Origin: Dehalococcoidia bacterium
Lineage (GTDB): Bacteria; Chloroflexota; Dehalococcoidia; UBA2979
Assembly (NCBI GenBank): GCA_964291495.2
Contig: OZ219871.1
Coordinates: 1,184,001 to 1,248,000 of the forward strand
Length of the DNA: 64,000 nt
Reading direction: 5' to 3'
Shown: positions 1-8,875 of the stretch, in pieces
How the letters are laid out: the number at the start of each line of letters is the position of its first letter
Numbering within the stretch: the stretch's first letter is position 1
Position numbers and translations under genes: made by a program
The notes under the pieces: model-generated
What the model was told of the DNA's origin: nothing
The model's database searches: none
What the model saw: the letters and a program-made list of their open reading frames with translations, nothing else

Positions 1-627
1 GACGTCGATGTGCTGGCCGCGGCCGGTGCGCCTGCGCTGCCGCAACGCGCTCAGGATCGCGATCGCGCCGAAGATCCCTCCCGTGTCGTCGAGGTAGGAC
101 CAGCCCCAGCCCGCGGGCGGCCGGTCGGGCAGTCCCGACAGGAACGTCAGCCCGGAGAGCGCCTGCGCGCTCGGCCCGAAGGTGCGGTAGGGGTGATCGC
201 GGCCGATGTGGCCGAGGCCGGACATCGAGACGTAGACGAGACCGGGGTTCAGCTCGCGCAGCTGCTCGTAGCCAAGCCCCCAGCGCTGCATCACGCGCGA
301 GGTGAAGTTCTCCAGCACCGCGTCGGAGTCGGCGAGCAGCCGCCTCAGCAGCTCGCGAGCCCGCTCGTCGCGCAGGTTCATCGTGACGCTGCGCTTGTCC
401 ATGTGCTTCTCGACGAACCAGTGATTGCCTTCGAGGCTCGGTACGGCGTCCTCTGGCATCCCGACGGTGGTGAAACGGTCCTGGTGGTGGACCGTCCCGC
501 GCTGCGGCCACTCCACCTTGATCACGTCCGCGCCGAGCGTCGCGAGGATGCGCGTCGCCCACGGCCCCGCGCGCACCCAGCTGAGGTCGACGATGCGGAT
601 GCCCTCGAGCGCGAGCCGCTTGGTCAT
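1..627 (-). CDS. CaiB/BaiF (family III) CoA-transferase, runs off the left edge of the window
   Basis: ATG at 627 overlaps the stop of the upstream gene (ATGA). Manual translation gives MTKRLALEGIRIVDLSWVRAGPWATRILATLGADVIKVE, the typical family III N-terminus. Confidence 0.88.
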   Translation of the reverse strand, partial: MTKRLALEGIRIVDLSWVRAGPWATRILATLGADVIKVEWPQRGTVHHQDRFTTVGMPEDAVPSLEGNHWFVEKHMDKRSVTMNLRDERARELLRRLLADSDAVLENFTSRVMQRWGLGYEQLRELNPGLVYVSMSGLGHIGRDHPYRTFGPSAQALSGLTFLSGLPDRPPAGWGWSYLDDTGGIFGAIAILSALRQRRRTGRGQHIDV

Positions 628-1127
628 GCCGGCGCCTCCGTTCGCTCCAACTCCGCGTCGAGCCGCCAGACCGCGGTGCCCTCGGGTGTCTCGAGGGCGC
701 GCCAGGCGGGGACGGTGTAGGCGCCGTCCGGCGCCTCCTCCCAGGCGACCTCGACCGCCGCGCCCACGCCCGCGGCATCCTCGCCGTCGAGCAGCAGGCC
801 TGCCAGCCGCACGGGCTCGCCGTCCTCGTTCGCGCAGTCCGGCAACTCGACGAGGGCGACGACGTAGGGGGCGGCAGGGCGGAACGCGGGGAGCACGGAG
901 TGCGCGACGACGACGTAGCTGGCGATCACGCCCCGGCCCTCGGCCTCGTGCCATTCGAGGTCGAAGGAGCGGCAGCGCGGGCAGAGCGGCGCGGGCGGAT
1001 ACCAGCGCCGGCCGCAGTCCGCGCAGGCGCGCACGACCAGCCGGTGCTCGCGCGCAGCCGCCCAGAACTCCTCGGAGTCCGGGTCCGGCTGCAGCGCGAT
1101 CAGCGAGTAGTCGACGGCTCCCTGCAT
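624..1127 (-). CDS. Zn-ribbon/OB-fold DUF35 protein
   Basis: CADC...CPRC zinc ribbon followed by 'PYVVALVEL' OB-fold. Start re-set to MQGAVDY. Confidence 0.85.
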   Translation of the reverse strand: MQGAVDYSLIALQPDPDSEEFWAAAREHRLVVRACADCGRRWYPPAPLCPRCRSFDLEWHEAEGRGVIASYVVVAHSVLPAFRPAAPYVVALVELPDCANEDGEPVRLAGLLLDGEDAAGVGAAVEVAWEEAPDGAYTVPAWRALETPEGTAVWRLDAELERTEAPA

Positions 1128-1155
1128 CTCGCTCCCCGTCCTGTCCCTGCCGTCC

Positions 1156-2463
1156 CTAGCGCCGCAGCACCACGGTCCAGCCCTGCTGCGCGCCACCGCC
1201 GCCTGCGCAGAAGGCGACGCTGGGCGGGCTCGGGTGCTCAACCGGCTCGCCGCGCGCGCGGCGGCGGCGATCCTCGCGCGCGAGGGCCTGGCGGCAGCCC
1301 TGTGCCCGATCGTACGTGTGCTCGCCCTGCCGCCAGCCCGCGCAGAGGTCGTCGGTGCGGCCGCGGAGCTGGCGCGCGCTCTCGATCAGGTAGCCGATGC
1401 CGTGCGCGTAGCCCTCGGAGAGCTGGCCGCCGTTGGTGTTCTGCGGCAACTCGCCGTCGAGGTGGATGCGCCCGCCCCCGACGAAGTCGCCGCCCTCGCC
1501 CTCGCCGCAGAAGCCGAAGGCCTCCAGGTACATCATCGGTGTGGTGGTGAAGTTGTCGTACATCGTGACGATGTCCACGTCCTCGGGGCCGATGCCAGCG
1601 CTGCTGAAGGAGCGCTCGCGCACGAACTTGCCCCAGCCCTCGGTCATGTCGGGGCGGCCCCAGGTCCAGCTCGGGTTGTGGGTGGAGGCGCGCGCGCAGC
1701 CGCCCATGATGTAGACCGGCGGCTGCTCGAGGTCGGCGGCACGCTCCGCGGAGGTCACGATCAGCGCTCCCGCCACGTCGTTCTCCTGGCAGCAGTCGAG
1801 CAGCCGGAACGGCTTCGCGATCCAGCGCGAGTTCTGGTGGTCGTCGATGCTGATCGCCTCGCGGCGCGTCGCCTTCGGGTTGAGCGTCGCGGCGAAGCGC
1901 TGCGTCACGGCGAGGTCGGCCATGTGCAGCGTGTTGTAGCCGTAGCGCTGGAGGTAGGACATCGCCTCGAAGGCGTAGATCGTCGGCGCGCCGCGGATGC
2001 CGAACGGCACCTGGTACTGCCCACGCCCCGCCGCGGCGACCGGCTGCGGCCTCGGCGCCTCGCCGCCGCGCGTCGCGGCGCCGCCGCCCATGCGCAGGCC
2101 GGAGCGCCCGTTCATGGAACGCCAGACCGCCACCGTCTCGCAGTACCCCGCCTCGATCAGCGCGATCGACTGCGCGACGAGCTGCCCGATGCTGTTGCCG
2201 CCGCCGAGGATGTCGACGCCCATGTTGGTACGGATGCCGAGCGCCGAGGCGACCTCGGCGTTGCCGCAGGAGTCGCCCGCCGTCGCCTGATGGCTGGCCA
2301 GCCCGTCGATCTCATCGACGGCGATGCCGGCGTCGGCCGCGGCCGTGACGATCGCCTCGCAGGCCATGGACAGCGTCGTGCGGCCGGACCAGCGGGAGTA
2401 CTCCGTCTCGCCGACGCCGACGATGCAGTAGCGGTCGCGCAGGCCCGGCCCGGATTGCACCAC
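1156..2463 (-). CDS. Thiolase-superfamily SCP-x/Ltp2-like protein (probable acyl-CoA aldolase)
   Basis: 'IVGVGET', 'YDNFT' and 'NTNGGQLSEGY' motifs; adjacent to a DUF35 gene. Confidence 0.82.
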   Translation of the reverse strand: MVQSGPGLRDRYCIVGVGETEYSRWSGRTTLSMACEAIVTAAADAGIAVDEIDGLASHQATAGDSCGNAEVASALGIRTNMGVDILGGGNSIGQLVAQSIALIEAGYCETVAVWRSMNGRSGLRMGGGAATRGGEAPRPQPVAAAGRGQYQVPFGIRGAPTIYAFEAMSYLQRYGYNTLHMADLAVTQRFAATLNPKATRREAISIDDHQNSRWIAKPFRLLDCCQENDVAGALIVTSAERAADLEQPPVYIMGGCARASTHNPSWTWGRPDMTEGWGKFVRERSFSSAGIGPEDVDIVTMYDNFTTTPMMYLEAFGFCGEGEGGDFVGGGRIHLDGELPQNTNGGQLSEGYAHGIGYLIESARQLRGRTDDLCAGWRQGEHTYDRAQGCRQALAREDRRRRARGEPVEHPSPPSVAFCAGGGGAQQGWTVVLRR

Positions 2464-2494
2464 CGCCGCTGCCCTTCCCCGTGCCCCGAGGGCG

Positions 2495-3352
2495 CTACGA
2501 GGCGTCCGCGCTCCCTGCGACCGCGAGCGGGAGCACCTCGTTCATCGAGCCCGAGCGGAAGCCCTCGAGGTCGACGGTCACGTACGCAAAGCCCGCGCTC
2601 TTGACCGCATCGACGATCTGCGAGCGCAGCGGCTCGGCAAGGGCGCGCGCCAGCTCCTCGGGGCCGAGCTCGACGCGGGCGACGCGGTCGTGGTGGCGGA
2701 CGCGCAGCTCGCGGAGGCCGAGCACGCGCAGCGCCAGCTCCGCTTCGGCGATCTGGCGCAGCTTCTCCGGCGTCACCTCGCTGCCGTAGGGAATGCGCGA
2801 GGCGAGGCAGGCCATCGCCGGCTTGTCCCAGGTGGGCACGCCCAGGCGCTTCGCGAGCGCGCGCACGTCGGCCTTCGTGAACCCTGCCTCGGCGAGCGGG
2901 CTGCGCACGCCGTGCTCGCGGGCCGCGCGCCGCCCGGGCCGGAAGTCGCCGCTGTCGTCGGCGTTCGCGCCATCGAGGACCACTGCGTCGCCGAGATCCT
3001 CGCGAGCCAGCGCGTCGAGCAGCGAGTAGAGCTCGTCCTTGCACTCGAAGCAGCGCTCCGGCGAGTTCTCGACGTAGCCCGGCCGGTCGATCTCGTGCGT
3101 ATCAATCTCGCGGTGCGCGATGCCGATCGCCGCGGCGACGCGGCGCGCCTCCTCGCGCTCGCTCGGGGCGAGCGAGGGCGAGACGCCGGTCACGGCGAGC
3201 GCGCGATCGCCCAGCGCCTCAACCGCGGCGGCGGCGAGCAGGCTGGAGTCGACGCCGCCGGAGAAGGCGACGACGGCCCTCGGAAGCTCCGCGAGCAGGC
3301 GGCGCAGCTCGGCCGTCCGGGCATCGAGGTCGCGTGCGTCCTGCTCGTCCAT
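2495..3352 (-). CDS. larE: ATP-dependent sulfur insertase LarE (PP-loop)
   Basis: 'AFSGGVDS' PP-loop, 'RCFECK', 'DFRPG' and 'WDKPAMACLASRIPYG'. Confidence 0.93.
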   Translation of the reverse strand: MDEQDARDLDARTAELRRLLAELPRAVVAFSGGVDSSLLAAAAVEALGDRALAVTGVSPSLAPSEREEARRVAAAIGIAHREIDTHEIDRPGYVENSPERCFECKDELYSLLDALAREDLGDAVVLDGANADDSGDFRPGRRAAREHGVRSPLAEAGFTKADVRALAKRLGVPTWDKPAMACLASRIPYGSEVTPEKLRQIAEAELALRVLGLRELRVRHHDRVARVELGPEELARALAEPLRSQIVDAVKSAGFAYVTVDLEGFRSGSMNEVLPLAVAGSADAS

Positions 3353-3470
3353 CGCTCGTCCTCGCGCGGCGGCGGGGTCCGCCGTGGGCCGCCGCCGCTG
3401 TAGTCTAGCGCAGCGGCGGCTGACCGCCTGCGACCGGGGAGTCGCGGCCAGACGCAGGCGGGGGTGCGAA

Positions 3471-4256
3471 CTGAGCAACGACGGGATTCAACTGGAGGCG
3501 CTGCTGGAGCGGGTCGCGCGGGGCGAGCTGAGCCCGAGCGACGCCGCCGAGCGGCTGCGCGTGCTGCCCATCGAGGATCTCGGCTTCGCCCGCCTCGATC
3601 ACCACCGCGCGATCCGCGACGTCCTGCCGGAGGTCGTGCTCGCCGAGGGCAAGACCGCGCAGCAGGTCGTCGCCGCTGGTTGCGCGATCCTCGAGCGCGC
3701 CGGCTGCCTGCTCGTCACCCGCGCCTCCGAGGAGATCGCGCAGGCACTCGAGGCCGCGATCCCGGACCTGCGCCGCCACCCGCCCTCGACGACGCTGAGC
3801 GTCGACCGCCGGCCGCCGCGCTCGCTACGCAGCGGCGTCGTCATCGCCAGCGGCGGCACCGCCGACCTCGCCGTGGTCGAGGAGGCGGCGGCGACCTGCG
3901 CGCTGATGGGCCACGAGGTAGACCGCATCGTCGATGTCGGCGTGGCCGGCATCCACCGCGTGCTCGCGGAGACGGAGGCGCTGCGCCGCGCGAACGTGAT
4001 CGTCGTCGTCGCGGGCATGGACGGGGCGCTGCCGAGCGTCGTCGCCGGCCTCACCGCCGCGCCGGTGATCGCCGTGCCGACGAGCAACGGCTACGGCGCG
4101 GCCTTCGAAGGCCTCGCGCCGCTGCTCACCATGCTCAACGCCTGCGCGACGGGCGTCTCCGTGGTCAACATCGACAACGGCTTCGGCGCGGGCTACATCG
4201 CCGCGCTGATCAACGAGCAGGCGTGGTCCGGGCCGCCGGACCGCGACGCCGGGTAG
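3471..4256 (+). CDS. larB: NPN cofactor biosynthesis carboxylase/hydrolase LarB (start uncertain)
   Basis: 'FARLDHHR', 'GTADL', 'DVGVAGIHR', 'AGMDGALPSVV', 'PTSNGYG' and 'VVNIDNGFGA'. Confidence 0.92.
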   Translation: MSNDGIQLEALLERVARGELSPSDAAERLRVLPIEDLGFARLDHHRAIRDVLPEVVLAEGKTAQQVVAAGCAILERAGCLLVTRASEEIAQALEAAIPDLRRHPPSTTLSVDRRPPRSLRSGVVIASGGTADLAVVEEAAATCALMGHEVDRIVDVGVAGIHRVLAETEALRRANVIVVVAGMDGALPSVVAGLTAAPVIAVPTSNGYGAAFEGLAPLLTMLNACATGVSVVNIDNGFGAGYIAALINEQAWSGPPDRDAG

Positions 4257-4269
4257 CAGGCGGCAAACG

Positions 4270-5457
4270 ATGCGGGTCGTCTACGTCGACGCGCGCTTCG
4301 GGGCGGCCGGCGACATGCTGCTCGGCGCAGCCCTCGACGCCGGCGCGGACCTCGAGGCCGTGCGTGAGGCGCTGGCCGCCCTGCCGGTCGAGGGCTGGTC
4401 GCTCGACGTGCAGACCGTGCATCGTGCGGGTTTCGCCGCCACGAAGGCGAACGTCTCCGTCGAGACGCCCCAGCCGCCGCGAACCGCGAGCGAGATCGTC
4501 GCGATGATCGAGGCCGCCGCGCTGCCGCCGCGCGTCCGCGAGCGCGCCGTCGCGACCTTCGAGCTGCTCGGCAGCGCCGAGCGCGCCGTGCACGGCACGC
4601 CCGAGGGCGAGGACGCGCACCTCCACGAGGTCGGGGGCGTGGACGCGATCGTGGACGTCGTCGGGACCTTCGCCGCTCTCGAGACCCTCGGTGTCGAGCG
4701 AATCTACGGGAGCGGGCTGCCGGCGGGCGGCGGCACGGCGCGGGCGGCGCACGGCCGCCTCCCGGTGCCCGCGCCGGCGGTGCTGGAGATCGCCGCCCGC
4801 AGCGGCGCGACGCTCCTGGAGGCGCAGCCGGGCGAGCCGCCCTCGGAGCTCGTTACGCCGACGGCGATGGCGATCCTCGGTGCGGTCGCGGAGTTCGAAC
4901 GGCCCGCGCTGCGCCTCGAACGCATCGGGATCGGCGCCGGGACCCGCGACCCCGAGGGCTGGCCGAACGTCGTGCGGCTCTGGATCGGCGAGGCCGAGGA
5001 GCGCGGGACCGGCCTGCGCCCGATCGCGCTGCTGGAGACCAACGTCGACGACATGCCGGGCGAGCACCTGCCGTTCCTCGAGGCGCGGCTGCGCGAGGCG
5101 GGCGCGCTCGACGTCTGGTGGGCGGCGGTGCAGATGAAGAAGGGGCGGCCGGGCCTGCAGATCACGGCCGTCGCCGCGCGCGAGGACGCCGACGCCGTCG
5201 CCGCCTCGATGCTGGAGCACTCACCGACGCTCGGGGTGCGGGCGACAGAGCTGCTGCGCTACGAGGCGGAGCGCGAGGTCTTCGAGTTCGAGAGCTCGCT
5301 CGGCCCCGCTGCGGTGAAGGTCAAGCGCCTCCCCGGCGAGCCGCCACGCGCGGCCCCGGAGTACGAGCACGCGCGCGCCCTCGCCGAGCGCAGCGGCCTG
5401 CCAATCGCCGAGGTCTACGCGCTGCTGACGCAGGAAGCCCTCGCGCTGCTGGAGTAG
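4270..5457 (+). CDS. larC: Nickel insertase (cyclometallase) LarC
   Basis: 'GAAGDMLLGA', 'HLHEVGGVDAIVD', 'PVPAPA', 'ETNVDD', 'MKKGRPG' and 'PEYE'. Confidence 0.93.
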   Translation: MRVVYVDARFGAAGDMLLGAALDAGADLEAVREALAALPVEGWSLDVQTVHRAGFAATKANVSVETPQPPRTASEIVAMIEAAALPPRVRERAVATFELLGSAERAVHGTPEGEDAHLHEVGGVDAIVDVVGTFAALETLGVERIYGSGLPAGGGTARAAHGRLPVPAPAVLEIAARSGATLLEAQPGEPPSELVTPTAMAILGAVAEFERPALRLERIGIGAGTRDPEGWPNVVRLWIGEAEERGTGLRPIALLETNVDDMPGEHLPFLEARLREAGALDVWWAAVQMKKGRPGLQITAVAAREDADAVAASMLEHSPTLGVRATELLRYEAEREVFEFESSLGPAAVKVKRLPGEPPRAAPEYEHARALAERSGLPIAEVYALLTQEALALLE

Positions 5458-5483
5458 GGGAAGCCGTCAGCGCAGGGCTCTGG

Positions 5484-5924
5484 TCAGGCCTCCCACTCGA
5501 GGACAAGGTTGTCGGCCGGCATGTTGAAGTCGAGACGGACCTCGCTCAGGAGGTCGCGGCCCAGCAGCGACGGGATTCCCGCAGTCGTCGGTCCCAACTC
5601 GATGTGCAGGCGGACTTCCGAGGCCATCAGGGCGCCCTCATCCGTCCTGAATACGAGCACGGCGTCCTCCCTGCCGTAGAGGACCGGGACCCCGGCGATG
5701 CCGTAGGCCTGTGCCTGATCCGGGAACACCGTGTCGGCAGGGAGCTCGTCGCCCGTACGCGTTCGGAGCAAGTTACGATCGCCCCAGTGGATCGTGGTCG
5801 TGTCGGCGCCTGTGTCCACGAAGAGGCTGACCTTTGCGGTCACGCCCAGCCGGGGAAGGAGCACGTCCGCATCGACGAAGGGCTGGCGATCGTCGCCCTC
5901 GAAGTAGCCCCTTGTGCTCGGCAC
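5484..5924 (-). CDS. Retropepsin-like (clan AA) aspartic protease
   Basis: 'LFVDTGADTT' catalytic DTG motif and C-terminal 'SLLGRDLL'. GTG start inferred. Confidence 0.75.
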   Translation of the reverse strand: MPSTRGYFEGDDRQPFVDADVLLPRLGVTAKVSLFVDTGADTTTIHWGDRNLLRTRTGDELPADTVFPDQAQAYGIAGVPVLYGREDAVLVFRTDEGALMASEVRLHIELGPTTAGIPSLLGRDLLSEVRLDFNMPADNLVLEWEA

Positions 5925-5932
5925 CCAAGGCC

Positions 5933-6229
5933 CTACAGGATCCAGGTTCGTTCTTCGGTATCCAGCAGGTCCAGCGCCACTCCGTCGGAATCCTGGTAGG
6001 CCTCGCGAACGGTGCGCATCACGCCCTCCGGGGTGTCCCCGTGAGCCACGACCCGCCGGCGAAGGATGGCGATCCACTGGTCGGGGTACTGGCGCTTGAG
6101 GCGCTCGCGATTCTCATCCAGGTACTCCCGATTCTCCCTCAACCGGCGTAGACCCGTGTGGACAGCGTCCGCGCCGCCAAACGGTTCGAGCACCTCACGC
6201 AGTTCTTCGTCCGGAACGATCCTGGCCAT
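5933..6229 (-). CDS. Small DUF5678-like protein
   Basis: 'LKRQYPDQWIAI..RRVVAHGDT' pattern; lies 8 bp upstream of the protease gene. Confidence 0.65.
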   Translation of the reverse strand: MARIVPDEELREVLEPFGGADAVHTGLRRLRENREYLDENRERLKRQYPDQWIAILRRRVVAHGDTPEGVMRTVREAYQDSDGVALDLLDTEERTWIL

Positions 6230-6370
6230 TGCCCGTCCCTCGTGCCTCAAGCGACAGCATAGCAGAACCTTGTCAGTCCGCCCAGCCGCCGGACGTAGTC
6301 CCGGCGCAACGCACCGCTAGAATGCGCGCGCCGCACGAGACAGCTGCGGCAAGCCGCGGGAGGAACGCGC

Positions 6371-7519
6371 ATGAAGCTCGATCTGCTCTACGAGCTGTCC
6401 TGTCCGAAGCCCTGGAACGAGGAGAAAGAGCGCAATGCCTACTACAACGCGCTCGACCAGATCGTGCTCGCCGACCAGCTCGGCTTCGGCACCGTCTGGG
6501 AGGTGGAGCACCACTTCCTCTCCGAGTTCTCGCACTCCTCGGCGCCGGAGATCTTCCTCGCCTGCGTCTCGCAGCGGACCGAACGGATCCGCATCGGGCA
6601 CGGCGTGGTGCTCCTGCCGAACCCGTTCAACTACCCGATCCGCGTCGCCGAGCGCATCGCCGCCCTCGACATCATGAGCCGGGGCCGCGTCGAGTTCGGG
6701 ACGGGACGCTCCACCTGGTACGAGCAGGCCGGGTTCAACGTCCGCCCCGACGAGACGCGCGCTATGTGGCAGGAGGCGCTCAGCATCATCCCGAAGATGT
6801 GGTCCAGCGAGCAGTTCTCGCACAAAGGCGAGCACTTCGAGATCCCCGAGCGCAACGTCCTGCCGAAGCCGATCCAACGCCCGCACCCGCCGGTCTGGGT
6901 CGCCGGCACGCAGGACGAGTCGTTCGAGATCGCAGGCCGCCTCGGCATCGGCATGCTCGCGCTCACGATCATGGTGCCGGTCGAGGAGCTGGAGCGGCGC
7001 ATCGCGATGTACCGCAAGGCGAGCGAGAACGTCGAACCGATCACCGACGTCGTCAACGACCGCATCAACTGCCTCACGCTCGTCCACTGCGCGCGCACCA
7101 CGCGCGAGGCGATCGAGAACGGCGCACCTCAGGCCGTCGCCTGGTACCTGCGCACGGTCGCCGCCCTCTTCGCCCCGCCCGAGGGCGGAGAGATCGTCTC
7201 GGGCTTCGACTTCGCCGCGCACGGCCGGCGCAGCCTCGAGGATTCCGTCCCGCAGCTGCAGAACGAGGCGACGCGGGCCATCGACGAGTTCCACCAGGGC
7301 GAGATCGGCGTTGACGACCTTTACGAGGCGCTGAACACCGACGAGATGGTGATCATCGGCGACCCGGAGCAGTGCCGGAAGAAGCTGGAGCGCTACGCCG
7401 ACCTGGGCCTCAACAGCCTGATGTGCCAGGTCCAGATCGGCGACCTCTCCCACGAGGCCGTCATGAAGTCCGTCGGCCTGCTCGGCCGGGAGGTCCGCCC
7501 GCTGATCGACCCGGACTGA
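6371..7519 (+). CDS. LLM class flavin-dependent oxidoreductase
   Basis: 'WEVEHHF', 'TERIRIG' and 'PKPIQRPHPPVW'; RBS GGAGG upstream. Confidence 0.9.
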   Translation: MKLDLLYELSCPKPWNEEKERNAYYNALDQIVLADQLGFGTVWEVEHHFLSEFSHSSAPEIFLACVSQRTERIRIGHGVVLLPNPFNYPIRVAERIAALDIMSRGRVEFGTGRSTWYEQAGFNVRPDETRAMWQEALSIIPKMWSSEQFSHKGEHFEIPERNVLPKPIQRPHPPVWVAGTQDESFEIAGRLGIGMLALTIMVPVEELERRIAMYRKASENVEPITDVVNDRINCLTLVHCARTTREAIENGAPQAVAWYLRTVAALFAPPEGGEIVSGFDFAAHGRRSLEDSVPQLQNEATRAIDEFHQGEIGVDDLYEALNTDEMVIIGDPEQCRKKLERYADLGLNSLMCQVQIGDLSHEAVMKSVGLLGREVRPLIDPD

Positions 7520-7520
7520 G

Positions 7521-8348
7521 TCAGTAGAGGCGCTGCGCCTCCGCCTCCAGCGCGCGCTGCTCCGCGGCGCCCATCGGTTCGTACGAGGTCGCCGTGGCCA
7601 CGTTCTCTTCGATGCGCGAGGGGAAGCGCGCGCCCGGGATCGCGACCGAGACGCCGGGCTGCGAGAAGACGTAGCGCAGCAGGTTGGGCGGCGTGAGCGG
7701 GCCGTCGTAGCCCTCGGCGATGCGACCGCGCATCACGCTCGTGCGGCCGGAGCCGCCGAGCGGGCGCATCACGATCACGCCCACGTCGTGCTCCCGCGCC
7801 AACTCGATCAGCGGCGCGGTCTCCGTGAAGAACGCCGAGTACTCGAGCATCACCGTCGCGAACTCGCCGCTCTCGATCGCCAGCCTCAGCACCTCGAGGC
7901 TGTGCGAGGAGATGCCGATGTGCTCGATCAGCCCGCGGTACTGGGCGATCTGCAGCCCTTCGAGCGCGCCGTCCTCGCCGGTCGCCTCCTCCCAGGCCTC
8001 GAGCGAGGAGATGTCGTGCAGCTGGTAGAGGCTGATCCGCTCGACGCCGAGCGTGCTCAGCGAGCGGTCGATGTCGTGCTGGCTGCCGTTGATCGAGTGG
8101 CTGAACGTCTTGCTGGCGATGTGGAAGGCTGGCCGGCTGGCCTCGGCGCGCGCACGCACCGCCTGCCCGATCATGAACTCGCTGCCCGCGTACTCGCGCG
8201 CCGTGTCGACGAAGTCGATGCCCAGGTCGAGCGCACGCTCGAGCGTCTGCGGCCCCTCGCGCGCCGTCGGCGTGTCCATCGCGCCGAGGCCCAGCTCGGT
8301 CACCATCAGCCCGGTCCGGCCCAGTCGCCGCCGCCCCAGCTCCGCCAT
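7521..8348 (-). CDS. Aldo/keto reductase
   Basis: 'LGRTGL.VTELGLG', 'DTAREY', 'IASK' and 'LYQLH'. Confidence 0.9.
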   Translation of the reverse strand: MAELGRRRLGRTGLMVTELGLGAMDTPTAREGPQTLERALDLGIDFVDTAREYAGSEFMIGQAVRARAEASRPAFHIASKTFSHSINGSQHDIDRSLSTLGVERISLYQLHDISSLEAWEEATGEDGALEGLQIAQYRGLIEHIGISSHSLEVLRLAIESGEFATVMLEYSAFFTETAPLIELAREHDVGVIVMRPLGGSGRTSVMRGRIAEGYDGPLTPPNLLRYVFSQPGVSVAIPGARFPSRIEENVATATSYEPMGAAEQRALEAEAQRLY

Positions 8349-8372
8349 GCAGCTCGGCCCCGCCCCGAGGCG

Positions 8373-8759
8373 CTAGCCGCCCTCGCCGCGCAGCTGCTCG
8401 AAGTCGAAATCCTCGGGCATGGGGACGACGATCGAGCGGCGGGGCACCTCGACGGTGCGGGCGATGTGGCCCTGCCCGGTGGTGTCGTCGGCGAAGAAGA
8501 CGTCGCCGACGCCGAAGGTGCGCTTCGAGCCGTCGCCGCACTCGATCTCGGCGCTGCCGGAGACGGTGATCACCCACTGGCGGTGCGGCGCGGGGTGGTA
8601 GTCCGTCTCGAAGGCCGCGGTCGATTCGTGGAGGCTGATCTGCGCGGCGTCGAGCAGCGGCGTCCGCACGCCGCGCCCGACATCGAGGGCGAACGCGACC
8701 TCGACGTCCTCGAAGTGGGACTGCCCGTCGTCGCCGGTGTAGATGCGGGTGATTCGCAT
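8373..8759 (-). CDS. Small cupin-fold protein (paralog 1 of 3)
   Basis: 'RIYTGDDGQSHFED...HPAPHRQ...DDTTGQGH'. Confidence 0.75.
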   Translation of the reverse strand: MRITRIYTGDDGQSHFEDVEVAFALDVGRGVRTPLLDAAQISLHESTAAFETDYHPAPHRQWVITVSGSAEIECGDGSKRTFGVGDVFFADDTTGQGHIARTVEVPRRSIVVPMPEDFDFEQLRGEGG

Positions 8760-8875
8760 GAGTCGCTCCCTCGCGCGGCGGCGATGCTAGCAGGCGTCAG
8801 CCGCCGCCGACTCGACCAGCCGCGCCGGAGTAAGGTAGCGGCGGACGGCAGCGGGCGATCAGCGAGGAGGGCGCG

